Positions 50,552 to 64,000 of a stretch of 64,000 bases of DNA are shown here, piece by piece. The notes beneath the pieces were generated by a model, which made no database searches, was not told where the DNA came from, and saw only the letters and a program-made list of their open reading frames with translations. The translations under genes and the position numbers were made by a program. The DNA comes from Daphnia carinata (Eukaryota), in the NCBI RefSeq assembly GCF_022539665.2, contig NC_081333.1:4092001-4156000 (forward strand), given 5' to 3'. Numbering within the stretch: position 1 is the stretch's first letter; each line of letters opens with the position of its first letter.

Positions 50552-53500
50552 TTATAGGATTGGCAATGCAAATTGTATACCCGAAGCATCATCCGGTTTG
50601 ACGGATGTGGAAGTAGTCCTCGTCTTGTAGGACGTGATGGTCACGAGGCGGTTCGTCCTGTTGGCCAGAGGAGTTCCACCGCTAGGAGCGCTAGTCGAAG
50701 TCTTACGATCGGCCTGAGAGCCCGGAGATTTCCGGGCGGAAGACGTCGGCAATTTGGCGGATGAAGCGGCCGTCGCGTTGCGGAGCGTGCTGCCACCTGT
50801 CGGCGTTCTCGCGCACCTCTTTTTGACATCCGCCGACGGGTTGACCTGCTGGAGCGCGCGCGGAGGTCGAACAGGTGGCGCCACAGGCGTGGCGCTTTTG
50901 CTTCCGCCGGATCTGTTGGCAGATCCTTTCGCCGGATCGCCAGTGGATTTGGAACTACCGCTGCCATTGGATCGCCGTCGCAGTCCAGACGTCGAGCTGG
51001 TAGATGGCGAAGCGGATGCGCTGGATCGATGATTGGCCCCCTTCGAACTACCCGCCCCGCCTCGACTCCTGCTGGGCGGTGTCCTCGCCGAAGACTTGAC
51101 GGACACAGCCGGAACGCTGCTCTTATCTTTCCTGATCACAGTTGGATGCCGTTGAGTTTTATTCCTGCGGATGCCGCCGGATCCCGACCTGGAAAAGTCA
51201 GAACCGACCGACGATGAGTCCGTCGTCGTCTGACAGACGCTGATGGCGATCGAAGCCGATTCCGAAGTGGCGCAAGAGAATTCATCCGTCACCGGAGTGG
51301 CACACGAAGATGACGAGACGGCCGAGTCCAGCAACGAAGGCCGATCCGGACGATTGATGATGTCGCTGAGTTTGACGCTGCGCTCGCTGCAACTCGAGTA
51401 GCGCGTCGTGTTGGTCATCGTCGTCGAGGACGTGGTGCGGATGCTGCGCTCGTCGTCCGTCGTCGTGTCCATGACGTCCAGGACGGATCCGAACGACGAC
51501 GTGCTCATGCCTTCCGCTTCGCTCGACGGCCGATGAAAGAAATCGTCACATCCGTACGCTTCCGCCGGCTGCGGCGATGGGGAAGAGAACGCTTCCACCG
51601 CCACTTCCAGCAGCGTCTTCTCTTCGCTGAACGATGATGAAGAGCATCCGACCTCGCTCGACTCTTCCATGATCGTCTCCGTCTTGGCCATCCGCGATTT
51701 CTTCGTTTCGATGACGGAATTGCCGAAGAATTTGCGGACCAAAAGAGCGGCTTTCTCTTCCGGCATGCCGGACGTCAATTCGATGGAATTACTCCTCTTG
51801 GCCGGCTGCGCTTTTGCTCCTTCCGGAAGGCGGTGGATTTAAAGCGGAAGCGAAAGATGACGTGGTCTCTTCTCTCGTTTTGTTGGCAGCAAATCGAGTG
51901 CTGGACCGGCTGCTGAACGTGGTGGACGTCATCTTGCGGATGATCGAGTCCCTCAATTCGTCATGGTCAGACAGGGCTTCATCTAGCGTCGAATCAAACT
52001 GACTCATCACTTCCTCGACGCTCGGCTCCCGCAACTCGTTCGATTCTGCCAAAAATTCAAATGAGCGAACGCATGTCTAATTCAATTAAGTCATCGTTGA
52101 AGTTAAAATGCTTATTGAATATCTACGAGTTTCTCTTTTTGATTGACGACTCTGCCATTGGCCGACGCAGGTCCAGCTCATTACCATCACTCCATTTGAA
52201 TTTAATTGAATTTAAAAAAAACAAAATAAAACAAAAGACTGACGTCATCACGGGCTAATACTAACCGGATGGCTTGTGATGGACAACGTGAAGGGTTGGC
52301 TGGACGGCGTCATGTTCGACTGGCGAGGTCATCGCGAACGATTGCCGCCTCTTTTGCCCCGGGCTTGTCTGATTGGCTGCCGTGGCTGACGTCGGCACGT
52401 CGCCATTTTGGCTGGCGTGGTGGCAGCCGACGTCTCTCGTTTCGTTCGTCTGGCTCAACTTGGCCGCCGCCCGCAGCTGCGGATGCCCTTCCGCCAGCAA
52501 CTTGGTGGTTTCCCGCAAGCGCTGCAGCTGATGATTAGCCGGCTTCATTTCGGCCGCTTCCGCCGCCCGCCCACTATCCGCTTCGATTGAATCACGGCGA
52601 TTCGACGTCACTAAATTTTTACACTCATCTTTTAAATACAACTCATTTTTTTTTTTTTTTTTTCAAGATTTAAACAATAATTGTGGGAAAACGAAAACAA
52701 TTGGGGGTTATGACTAAAACATCCTGGTAATGAGATATACAAACGTCACCTAATACCCTCTGCCACGTAACACCGTAACACGCTACCGTTATTCTTATCA
52801 TTTTGCAAAAGCACGTGATCTCAGTGTCGTGTTTCAATTACCCCCCCTCCTAATTCGGGTTTAAACTTTGACGCGGGCATTTTCAAAAAGGTTTAAGGTA
52901 ATGTGAATCGGGTACCTGTCGAACGTTGGTGCGTCATCTCGCTGGACGCCGTGGACTGGAAGAATGTGCGCGCTTCGTTGACGCTGCCGGAAGGCCGGAT
53001 TTCGCGGACGACGAAGCGATTTTCAGGCATTTTGGAACCGCTCTTGGAATGCGAAAGCGCTGGATAAAAAGCACTGGGTTTGTCGATTTTGACGGGGTAA
53101 GGGCTGCTGCTGGCCGACGGATTGCCAATGTCCGTTTTGGCCACAGGGGTCGTGACGGTTCGTTCAGCTTCCGATTCCGGCCGGACGACGTCGAGAGAAC
53201 GGATCTCTTCGATGGTTTCGTTGAGCTGAGCGATCGTCTCATCGATCGTCCTCGTTTCATCCACCGTCGTCTGCTGCTGCCGGACGGAAGACGATGGATG
53301 CCTCTTCATGGCACTGGATTCCGCTTCCGGCTCGAGCGAGTGATAGCCGTGGTCAGCCCTGACGGACGAAGGATCCGATTCCAGCGGCGACGTCACCTCC
53401 GCTTCCAGTTGCGTAGAAACCGGAGGCCGGAAGACGGATTCTTTGACTTCGCAGCGAGCCACCATCATGACCGGATTGGGACGCAGATTGCGGATGAGTT

Positions 53501-56500
53501 CGGCCGCCGACATGCCGGGAATGGTGGCCGTCGAAGACTCGGATGTCGTCGAACAGGGCGACCTTCCGCGCGAGAAAAAATTGTCCGGCGTCGGAGCTCT
53601 GGCCGCAAAGGGCGGAGTCTTCTTCCGGTTCATTTCCAGCCTCCAAGGAGGCACGACAGCTTCCGGCTCCGACTGCTGTTGCTGCTGTTGCTGCTGCTGC
53701 TGCTGAACCGGAATCGAGTGTATCGTCGGAGGCTGTTCGACGTGCTTCAAATGTATCCGCCACGGCAGGATTTCCTGATGTTCCGGCGGAGGTTCTCTCT
53801 TCTGATTGGTCATGGAGACCGTGATTCCGGAATGAACCGATTGACTGGCCGTCACGTGAGCGGGAATGACTGGAACAGTCGTCTGAGTGACTGCGATGAC
53901 GGCCGGTTTAACGACAGGCTCAATGTCCAGCAAGTTCTCGACGCTCCGCTTCTTCAAGATGCTCTTCGGAGCCGGAATCGTTTCCTTCTCTTCCAAAATG
54001 ACGATCTTCCGCTCGACGGACGAATCGAAATTGACGATGCCGTTGCGGATGACCACCGGAGCCGGCCTGCAAATCGGAACCTCAACCGAAGACGTCGTCG
54101 AGTAGGCTTTCATCATCGGCGGATAACTATCGACGATCACCGACTCCTTGACCGGAACAGCTGGATGTCCAGTAGGAGGGACGATTGCGTAAGGTTTCCT
54201 CGGCTGGAGCAAAGAGCGGAATGTATCACTGGTCGTCGTGGAAGGCACTGCGTTCGAGCTGTTGATGTGCGCGTTCGATTCCGGTAGGTTTTTAATGTCG
54301 TCCCCGAACCGCCGGAGTGGCAAACCGTGGCTGGCGGATTGGACATTGGTTCCAAACTCCAACGTCGGCTGATGAACGGAGGCCGTTTGATGGATAACGG
54401 TCGATTTGACTTCTTCCAGTTTCTCCTGCCACTGGCGCAGACGCGATTCCGGACTCCTGGAACGAATCCGCCTGGGCCTGGACCTCTTCTGATCGCTTTC
54501 TTCCTTCACATCGGCTCCGAAGGCCACTTTTTTGGCTTTACGCACTTCCATCGTTGTCAGATCTTCGTTGGAATTCTTGACGGACGCCACGGCCGAACTG
54601 CACTCGGTCCAATCGCCCATCGAGTAGACGGAGCCCGTCTCCGTGTTGACGGCCGAGGCCGAATCCATCCGATCGTGTCGCAGCGCGACGCCGTTGGTCG
54701 ACACTAGAGGAGTCTCTTCCAGCATCCGCATCAACTCGATGGAGCGGTGATGATTCAACTTGCTGCTGGAGGCCGTTTCGCACGTGAACGAGTCGACCGT
54801 GCCGACGCTGTGCAGACTCTCCCTGGACGAGTTGACGATCACGATCGAGCTGGACGTCGGTTTCTGGACGGACTTGGCCGGCACCAAACGGAACGTGGTC
54901 GTATTGTTGCTGTGACTGGACTCGATGACCGTCTGCTGATTGGCCAGCTCGCCTTTGGATTCGCTCGAAGTCGGCACTTTGACGGGCCTTTCTTCCGCTT
55001 TGCTGGCCGTCGGTTCCTGTGCCGTGCTGGACAGGAGGTTTTCGCGCGAGTTGCGCAAGTGCTGCTGGATCTTGCTGGTCGTGCCCGTGTTCGTGAACGT
55101 GAAGATGGGCGTGTAATGATGCGGTTTGGTGGGCGATGGTAAATTAGAAGCCGAAGAAGCCGGCCCGGCCGATGGATCGGGATCGACGAGAGAGAGTCCC
55201 GTAGGCCGGAGTTTAACGCCCAGCCAGATGGGCGTTTCCATCGGCGGCGGAGATTTGATGGCGGGCGGTTTGCGACGTCCGTCGCGCAGACTCCGGCGCA
55301 CTCGCAAATCTCTCAGCCAAATTGGCTCCGCTTCTTCCAGGACGTTAGTGGCCGACCGGCTGCTTTCCGAGCGCTGGATCGACGTGGGAGTAGGTGTCCG
55401 TCTCGCCTGGCCGGCTGGTTTGTGATCGGCCGCGGCCGATGACGAAGGCGGGTCTTTCGATTTGATGCGGTTCTCTTCCGACTCGTCGTCGGCCGACACA
55501 TCGTCCATCGATCGCTCGAAATACGAGAGACGGGACGATCCGCTGGGCGATTTGCCCGTCTCCTCTTCCGCCTGTTTTGGCGACGGATTTTTAATCCAAG
55601 GAGGGATCATCTTCTCAATAGCGCTGGACGTCGAACGGACGGTGGAGCTGAGACTGTCGCAAGAGCGACTGACGGCCCCGGTAGAAGGCACGTCCGAGCT
55701 GCCGGAAGTGTTGAGCAAACTTTGGAGCTTATCGGCCGCTTCGAAGCCGTAAGATTGCCGGCGCTCGTACCACGCTTCCGTCCTGTTCCGCCCACCGGAC
55801 CGACGCTGCTGTTCCGTGATGGACGCGTTGCTGTTGGACTCGTCGAGATCGTCGAACGACATCGAGATCGACATGGTCCGCAACGACGAACCGCCGAAAC
55901 TCGACGCCGGGCTGCCCCTTTCGCCGTAAAGGTACGTCGACGCTGGTAAGGTCTTGGTTACAACCGGTTCTGGAGGTTCCAGTTCTCGTACGTCCGGCTC
56001 TTCTTCTTCTTCTTCTTCTTCTTCTTGTTTCTGTTGTTCCACGCGTTGCTGACGTCGTTGTTCGATGGTCCGACGGGCATTGAAAGCGCTGGCCCGTGTA
56101 TTGGCGCGGTGCGTTTCGTCCAGCGATGTGTTCGACATGGCGGCCTGTTCCGTCACGGCTTTGGTCGCGAGCACATCGCTCGACTGACTGGACGTGACTG
56201 GCCCTGCGAAGGCCGGCCCACCGTTGAGCAAAGTGATGTTGATGCTGCTGCTGCTGGACGATCCAGCAGCAGCGGCCGGTGCGGCGCCAGTCCGAGGGCC
56301 TAACGTGATGATGGTCCGTCTTCGAACCACTTCGCCGTCCTCGCCGACCGACTCCTTGTCGTTGATTTCAACGACGTCCGTCATGGCCGGATGTGGAGCG
56401 GAAGAAGACGACTCCGAAGCCGAAGAGGAGAGTTCGTCCATGACGAAATCCAAATCTTCACGTTCTGGAAGAGGTGGCGGACTGTTGGCCGGCAGAGACG

Positions 56501-59061
56501 GAGGAGTTCCAGATCGGCTGCTGTTCCAGTCGTGTGTGGCCGGAGGCGCTAAATTCGAAACGGCTGGAATGGCTTGTTCCACCTGTTTCTGATGGAATTT
56601 TGGGGGCGGAGGTCGTGGCGGAGGCGTCCTACTTTTCCCAGCGCGGGTGGCGTCCGTCCCGTTCATCGTCGTCGGAACGGACAGTAGGGCAACAGGTGGC
56701 GCTGGAACGGGTTTCTCTTGATGCGGCAGCTGCTCGCGTTCGTCGTACGGCAACGATCCTTGGCTGTTGACTCGACGATATCGGACGGTGGGCGGCCTCC
56801 TTCCGCCCAGCGATCCCTTGCGGGCGATCGATCCTTTACCCAACTGAGCTGCCAGGTCCAGCTGTTGCGTCGGTAACTGCCAATGAGACAAAAACAATTT
56901 GCTTAAACATTTGTTTCATCATGACGGATGTCCTTTTGGTGACGTCAATCACATAACCGGCACCTTGGATGCCTTTGCAATGCGTTAAACATGAAAACCC
57001 GGATGCAAATTTCTCTGATTGCTTCAGTTAGGCGCTTTTTAAAGGCATTCCCCCCGCCCCCTTTAGTGACCTTGTCATTGATTTAAATTCCATGATTTTT
57101 ACATCAACTACGCCGAGATGATGATGGAATGTTGTCTCAGCAGTTGTTAATCGAACTGGAACGACACCACAACAATAACAACCAACCCACTAGAAAAAAA
57201 CAAAACAAAAAAAACAGGTGTGTTCCAAATGCGATCTTGATTGCCATTCGACTGTTATGCCAGAGGCAATGCAATCTACGGCGCCAACAAGTCACGCTCC
57301 AACACGGTCAGCATTCCCGTTCGTTTTTCGTGCTCTGTTCTTCCCGTCACGCATTCATCCTCCTCTTTTATTAAAAAAAAAAAAAATCCCTATCTTCTTC
57401 CGCATAGTCAGCCGTTGCAGCCTGGAACACGTTTTTTTTGTACCTGCAAGTCGTCCAGGTATTGAGCCGAAGACATGAGCGTTGGATTGGACGTTGCGCC
57501 CGTTGTCGATGGCGTCGTCTGGAACTGAGTCGTGGAACTGGAACTTTGACCGTGAAAGACGACGCCCTCGGTCACAGTTGATGTTGAATATTCGCTCCAC
57601 TGGCTCGTGCTGACCGTCGTCGATCGGACGAACAATCCCGGCGCCACCGTCGTTTTCGATTCGGCCCATTGACTGGCGTGCTGGACGTGCCGCACCGGCC
57701 TCACTGGAGGACTGTCCACCATGACAGCCGACGCTTCCTCTTCGCCGTGTTGAGTTGCACGATGATGATGGCGATCGGCAGACGATCCTGTTGTTGGTGT
57801 TGGTCCAAATGGCGCCGCTGTGAAACCCTTCAAAGTCGACGCTCCGCCTGGCGGGAACATCTGCAATTCAAAAAAAAATAAATAAATATTCCATCATTCA
57901 GCGATGATTTGTTTGAAAATACGGACACAGTCATGGAACAGGGTGGAGCCGTCGAACAAAGAATGACGTCATCACCGTCCGTTTTTTTTTTTCACGAACA
58001 AATATTTATTCAAAAAAACAAAAAAAAAAGAAGGTGGGGCTAGGTAAGTGACGTTTAACCCTTAAATGCAAATGAGAACAAACATGAACATTCACGTGAT
58101 GTTCAATTGTTTGTTTTTTCTTTCTCATCAGTTTCGAATCGATGTCATAACGGGGTCTCTCTGTCAACATCACGGCCAGGGACTAAAACAAGGAAGTGCC
58201 CGAAATGACAGGTGGCAAGGAACAAGAGGCACTTCATGGAACGGTGCGATGGAGGAATGCGAGTCACAACGTCATTGATTTCTCAGCATCGATTCGGCAG
58301 ACAGGCTTCCCGTTGCCATCGTTCGGGAAAAAAAAAACACATTGACCACAATCTTCACGCAAAACTGAACGTGATCCTCTTTGAAAAACAATCCCGCGAA
58401 ACATCGTTCATCTTAAAAAGCCCAACCCCAACAAACATCGAAATGCTGGTTTTGATTTGTTTTTGGAACAGCGGAACAGCGTCGCACGTCACGCGTGATG
58501 ACCATCAATTCTGAAGAAAAGAAAAAAACATTGTCCTCCCAAATCTGGCGGCTTCAACGACTCAATCCATCAAAACAGCAACCGACACAAAAGGAGTAAC
58601 AGTAGACATTAATAAGTTTTGAAAAACAAAAAATCGGCCTGGATTTGAACTAAAAAAAACAAAACAAATGAAGGTTCCAGTTTTTCCAAACTAGCGGCGT
58701 TTATGATGAAACCTGTCTGCTAACAGATGGAACTCGCAGCCAAATTTGAGCACGTGAAAAGCTATTCGTATTCTATTTGTTCCGCTCGATCTCATCCAAC
58801 ACGACATTTCGATTCAATCAAATTATAACATTAGACCCAATTTTTCTATTCAATTAACGATCTGCTGTTGAAAAATCAAAAACCTTATTATGCAGTCGTG
58901 ATCGTTGCCAGTTTTCAGGACGCCCTCGCAATTAGATAAGATTTATCCAAATTGCGTTTACATTTTGATATGGAAGCGCAGTCTTAGAAACCCAAAAACA
59001 AAAGAAGGAAAATACAACTGACCGTGAAGAGTTGAAGCGGCTGGTTGGTCTTGGTGGTCAT
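50552..59061 (-). CDS. Very large intrinsically disordered Ser/Pro/Thr-rich protein (>2000 aa; 3' end uncertain)
   Basis: Phase-compatible exons 59023-59061, 57444-57860, 52916-56876 (3.96 kb), 52266-52610 and 52045 to ~50600. Apparent 1-nt frameshift near 51810. Poly-Q and poly-E tracts; no globular domain recognised. Confidence 0.7.
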
Positions 59062-59149
59062 GTTCCCGCGTGCCCGCAAGACGTGCTCGAATAGCCGAGA
59101 CGTCGAGTTCGTTCACGACTCCAAGGACTTGTCCATAAGAAGATGCAAG

Positions 59150-59810
59150 AAGCCAATCGGATCCTTCTTCTTTTTTTTTTCGTGTGTGTCTATTGTTTGA
59201 ATTTTCCTTCCTTCTATTTCAAGAACCTGTGGGGTGATTGTATAAAAAAAAAAAAAAAAAGGAAGATGGTGAAATTGAGGGATCGACTCAAAGGCAGCCA
59301 AAACAATTGAAAACGGCTAATAGAAAAGAATGCGGGAAGAAGAGAGAACAAACGTGAATCGGAATCTCGAGAGATTCGCCCTCAAGCTACGTCTTTTGTC
59401 TTCAGCCGCCCGTGTTATTTCATTTTTATTTCATCGTTTGCTGCTTTATATATTTTTTTTTTTTTTTTACGAATTCTTAAACTTTGAATCGGCAATAGTC
59501 ATTTATATTAAAATACTATAAGGCCAATTTTTAACTAACAAGTTTTTGCAACAACAAAAGAAGAAAAAGAGCGGCCGGTTTTTTTCACGCGAGTTCAATG
59601 TCACTAGCGTTCCATTTCGGGACTGTTTTCCTTATGTAGTCAAAAGATGCTTTAGATGCTTATCGAAAAGAACCCACCTTTCTTTTTAAATCCCCCCCCC
59701 TCCTCACCTTCCACGACTGTAATCCTCACGGCTATTTAACTGGCAGTTCACTCTTCGCAGAAAATAATCACGAAGCAAATGAACCGCCATCATCATCGTG
59801 TATCCAGCAG

Positions 59811-59842
<32 letters not shown>

Positions 59843-62800
59843 CTTCTCACGGCCGCGCGCTCATTCGTCGCCACTAACGACGTCATCATCAACCAGAAAG
59901 AAAAAAACGCGTCGATTCTTTTTAACCCTCGTCTTTCAAGGTTCCGAAGACACACGGCGATGGGGTTCACGCGCGGGAACCTCACGTACATCATCGCGCA
60001 CGAAGATCACGCCGCAAAGTATTGAACTTCTTCCGCATTGCTTTTCGGAGGTGGCCCTGGGACGACATTTCAAAAAAAAAAAAAAAAAATGCGTTCTTGT
60101 TTTGTTTTTTTTTTTTTTTTTTTTTTTTCATGGAACATTTCCATTTCGGGAATGAAACGGGAAAAATTACAAATCACCAAGAGAGATTTAGAAAAAGGAA
60201 CAACAAAAGAAAAATGTGTTTTTTTTTTTTTTTTTTTTTTTTTTAAGGAAATGATTGTACGAGGTAATCAGAGAAGTTAAGCTGGAAGTAAGACAAGAAT
60301 TTTTAGAAAGAAAACCGGTTGATTTTTGCAAGCGAAAGGAACGGACAAGTTCGTTGCAGACATTTAAAATTTTATTTTTCGTGCAAGTTCTCGGCTGTCT
60401 GCCTTTCGCCATCGGACACCGGATAGCCACATTGGACACACCGGTAGATTTTAAATAAATAAACAAAAGGCTGACAAAAATTTCAAACGCGAAATTGTAC
60501 GTTTTGGCTACGTTTAAACTTTCATAGTTCCATTTCTTACCCCCTGTAGGAAATGATTTGGATTGAATTTTTCTTTAAAACGAAAGGAAAACCTAACACG
60601 AAAATTGGTAAACCAAAAAAATGAGTTTTTTAAAGCTTTTTTTTTTTTTTTTAACGACCGGAAGGGATTGGTGTTTGTACGGAATAACCACACACACACA
60701 CACACACACATAGTCGAGTTATTAAATAGTGTGGAGGACACGGCCTTGAATTTCGTTTTGAAACATGACACCATCTTTTGTTATCAATAGAAAAGAACAT
60801 TCTATACAGAACAGGTAAATTTTAAATTATAAAAATAAAATACAAAGTGAGGCAATAAAAAATGCCTTTGGAACAAAAGACACGTCTTATCATTTCTCGG
60901 TTGTTTTTTGTTGTTTTTAAATTAACCAAAAAACAAAACAATTCGCGATCGTTTTTAGTCCAGTTCCAAAATGGCGGGCAAAAAAAGTGGCGGTTTATGT
61001 TTTATTATCGTAATACGTAACACCGTCCCCCCCCCCCCCCAAAAAAAAAGTCCAGGTGTACACATATAGATAGTAAAAAATAAAAAAAAAAAAAAGGTAA
61101 TGTCTCCCTGCCTCTGGCCACCTTACCCTACCTCCTACCCGCACGCCATTTTCGTCTATTTTTTTTTTTTTCGGTTTTTCCTGGCCTTTGTGGCACTCAC
61201 GAATCAACAACTTGTATACTTGACGAGCCTGCCAAAGTTTTTTTTTTGAAAGGTATAGCACTTTAAATGGAGGATCAGCTTCAACCCAATCGAACACACG
61301 CTTTCTCTTTTATTCTTTTTCCAAATGTCCCGATAGAACAAAAAAAAAAAAAAAATGGAAAGGGCAAAACTCTAGAAAAGGACTTACCTGTCATCGTGAT
61401 GACCTGTCGTACATCCAAAACGTGCGACGACGTCACTCGTTGCACAAATTCGAAATCGAGACTAAACAAAACACTAAGATTTTATTTTTTTGGAGAGCAA
61501 AGAAACGAATTGGCCAATAACTTGAAACGAACAACAGCACGAAAAAAACACACACACACACACAAAAAAAAAAGAGATTCAAATTTTGTGTGCGACCGTT
61601 GTCGAAATGTGGCAATGGAAACGAACACGAACGGGCGCGACGGTGCGGCGGGTTTTTGTGTGCTTCTTTTCACTTGGAACTCGGTGAGGGTAATAAGTTT
61701 GGTTCGGCTATCCTATGCTCTGCTGCTGCTGCTGCCTCTCTTCGCTTCTTCTTCTCCTCCCAGGTGGAGTCCGAAGGCGAACACAGAGAAAGAGAGAAGC
61801 AGAATAAATTGACTCAAATATAATACAAGAAAAAAAAAAAAAAAAAAAAGGAAAAGGAAAGGAGAGAAATAACACGCGAGACGGGACTCCTCCCCCATTT
61901 TTTTTTTTTTCTTCTCCCGGGAAAGGTAAAAGAAAAAGAAAAACAATCAAGGACAAACATACACAGACACACTTGTGGACGAGTCATCAACAGCCATCTA
62001 GTGAGTGACCTGTCAAACTTGGCATTTCGAATCGGCAATTGACGCGTAGCAACCAAATTAAAAGTGTTTTGAAATAAAAGAGACACACGTACAGTTTTAT
62101 TTTAGAGCTTACGGTACGAAAATGTCATTCAAACGAAATCGGCCGTCGCAAATGGCCGAAATGGGCAACGCGCCTTCAATTTGCCATCTGCAAAGAATAT
62201 AAAAAAAAAAAAATAGGGTAGGCATAATATTCACGCTCCGATGTTTGCTTGATGAGGCGTCCTACGAACACGCGGTCAACGCCATCTCTGGTGCAGACGA
62301 AAATGGAAGCAAAAAATAAAAATACAAGTAAATGTTGTAATCACAATACAGCACAAAAACTATTGAAAATGCACACATGCCACAAGACAAAGGTTGTATA
62401 CACCATGAAAATAAGCCCTTTCACTTTTTCTGACTCGTTTCTTGATGGTCTTTACCTTTCTCGTCACACACAAATCCTCGCCCTTTTCTTTCAAAACATT
62501 TGTCGGGTCCCGCCCTAGAAAAAAGAGTGAAAGTTTGTGTTCTTTTTTGGCCCCCCTATAATACATCAAACGGGGGGAAAGGTTGAATGCTTATCACAAC
62601 AGCAATCCGTCGAACCTTCTTTTGTTTTGTGCCAAAAAATGTTTGTGCGCAATTCATTGGCCATTGGTCACGCCACTCGATTCGCGTACGTACGTAACAG
62701 TGATCCCGAATGTAACCGTGAATCTCTTATGAATTCTTTGGCCTTTCAACAAGCACTACTCTCTCTCTCTCTTTCTCTCTCTCTCACTCCTTAGCTAGAT

Positions 62801-64000
62801 TTAAAAAAAAAAAAACGAAGCAAAAAAGAAAGAGGTATGTCCTTAAAAGGCAACAACGTTCCCGCATATACAACGCAGAGAGATAGCAGTTGGATACACA
62901 ACTCCCCTTTGGAATACTTTGCCCATTTAAGGTCAACCCACTTCATATATGCAGCAGCTCTCTCTCTCTCTCTCTTCCCTCTTTTTTTTTTTTAAATATA
63001 TACACACAGTTTGCGCGCACGGGCAAGAAAAGACCTGTAGGCTCTTGGCTCATTGGGAGTCTCCCATTTTTTTTTTCTTTTTCCCTTAAATTTTATTTAA
63101 TAGTGTATAACGATGGAGGAGGGCGATGAACACACCTTTGGCTTATATTGGCTGCGTTCTACGTCAGCTCGAAGAGAAAGTTTCCTTCATCTCGGCCAGT
63201 TTTTCGGACGTCATAAATTTGAGGGGAAAATGTGCAAGAAGAAGCACCTTGTTGTGTATAATCCATCTATAATAGGCCGTCCGTCCATTATCCAATATGC
63301 TTGCGGTATATAACAAACAACATCACACCACACACACACAAGGAAAAAAGAATAAAACAGATTTTTTTAGGTGAAAAAAAAAAAAAGAGAAAATGAGCTG
63401 ACGGACCTTGGACTGACCATCTTTAGCCATGGCAGCTCATCGCTTTCCAGATGGTTGGGGATGGTGCGTAGATGTCAACGATTGGCCGCCTTATATATCC
63501 AGTTTTATTTCTTATTTTTCTTTTTTAAACTGGGCAGCCAATATTATGTTTTTTAAAAAAAGGCTGAAATTCTTTTTTTTTTTTTTTTTTGTTTGCTCTT
63601 CTCACGCTACCATTTTAGATACCCCGTCCAATCACGGACTGGAACCCCCCAAAATTTCAAAAAAAAAAGCGCCTTATTTGTCCGTTTCCTTCACACACAC
63701 ACACAAAATTTAATTTAAGAAAAACAACAGCTGGAGTTCAATGTATTTTTTTTTATGTTTAAATCAGAATTCGAGTCGGGTCAATAAATTGCCGAAAAAA
63801 AGATTTTAGAAAAAAACAAGAACGGAGCAAAATAAAAGAACTGGTATGGTGGGGGGAGAGAAAGGAGAAGAAAAAAAAAAAAAAAAATAGAAAAAACAGA
63901 AATAAATCCAACATCACAAAACAAGTTTATCGATCGAGGCGAGCATTAAACTTATCCAGTTTTTTAATGTTTAATTAAGAACCAAAAAAAAAAATAATAA
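59150..64000. repeat. Non-coding region rich in poly-A/T tracts and (CA)n/(CT)n microsatellites
   Basis: Many 10-25 nt homopolymers; (CA)n at ~60689 and ~61549; (CT)n at ~62759 and ~62958. A perfect minus-strand donor CAG|GTAAGT at ~61387 suggests a 5' UTR exon of the large gene. Confidence 0.7.

Noticed and set aside
52926..54287. 453-aa plus-strand ORF, and similar Arg-rich antisense ORFs across 50.5-57.9 kb
   Set aside because: Shadow ORFs on the antisense strand of a GC-rich, codon-biased coding exon; no recognisable motifs.
59150..64000. Numerous Phe/Lys-rich ORFs
   Set aside because: Translations of poly-T/poly-A tracts and microsatellites; homopolymer lengths may also be inflated by sequencing error.

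Overview
Eukaryotic, gene-dense, AT-rich genomic DNA with mostly 55-75 nt GT-AG introns. Intron size and gene content (GT31, FkbM and ebi-like paralogues) suggest a branchiopod crustacean such as Daphnia; this is inference. About 20 spliced genes are recognisable: an MFS transporter, a GT31 glycosyltransferase plus an adjacent pseudogene, an FkbM methyltransferase, three tandem MGST3 genes, a PDGF/VEGF factor, an F-box/LRR protein, secreted Gly/His-rich peptides, a catalytically dead ERI-type DEDDh nuclease, a PPxY membrane adaptor, syntenin, ANKRD29, UMP-CMP kinase, KIF3B, sterol C5-desaturase, a beta-trefoil-like secreted protein, a TBL1/ebi-like WD40 protein, a prohormone-like precursor and a very large Ser/Pro-rich protein. 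The most unusual object is a ~6.2 kb transposase-less element (43486-49653) bounded by 59-bp terminal inverted repeats. It encloses a ~4.1 kb palindrome with ~1.7 kb near-identical arms. Each arm carries a spliced coiled-coil gene remnant and a dense hairpin array, and the spacer holds three tRNA-derived A/B-box modules. Exon boundaries and comparisons were made by eye; no database searches were run.
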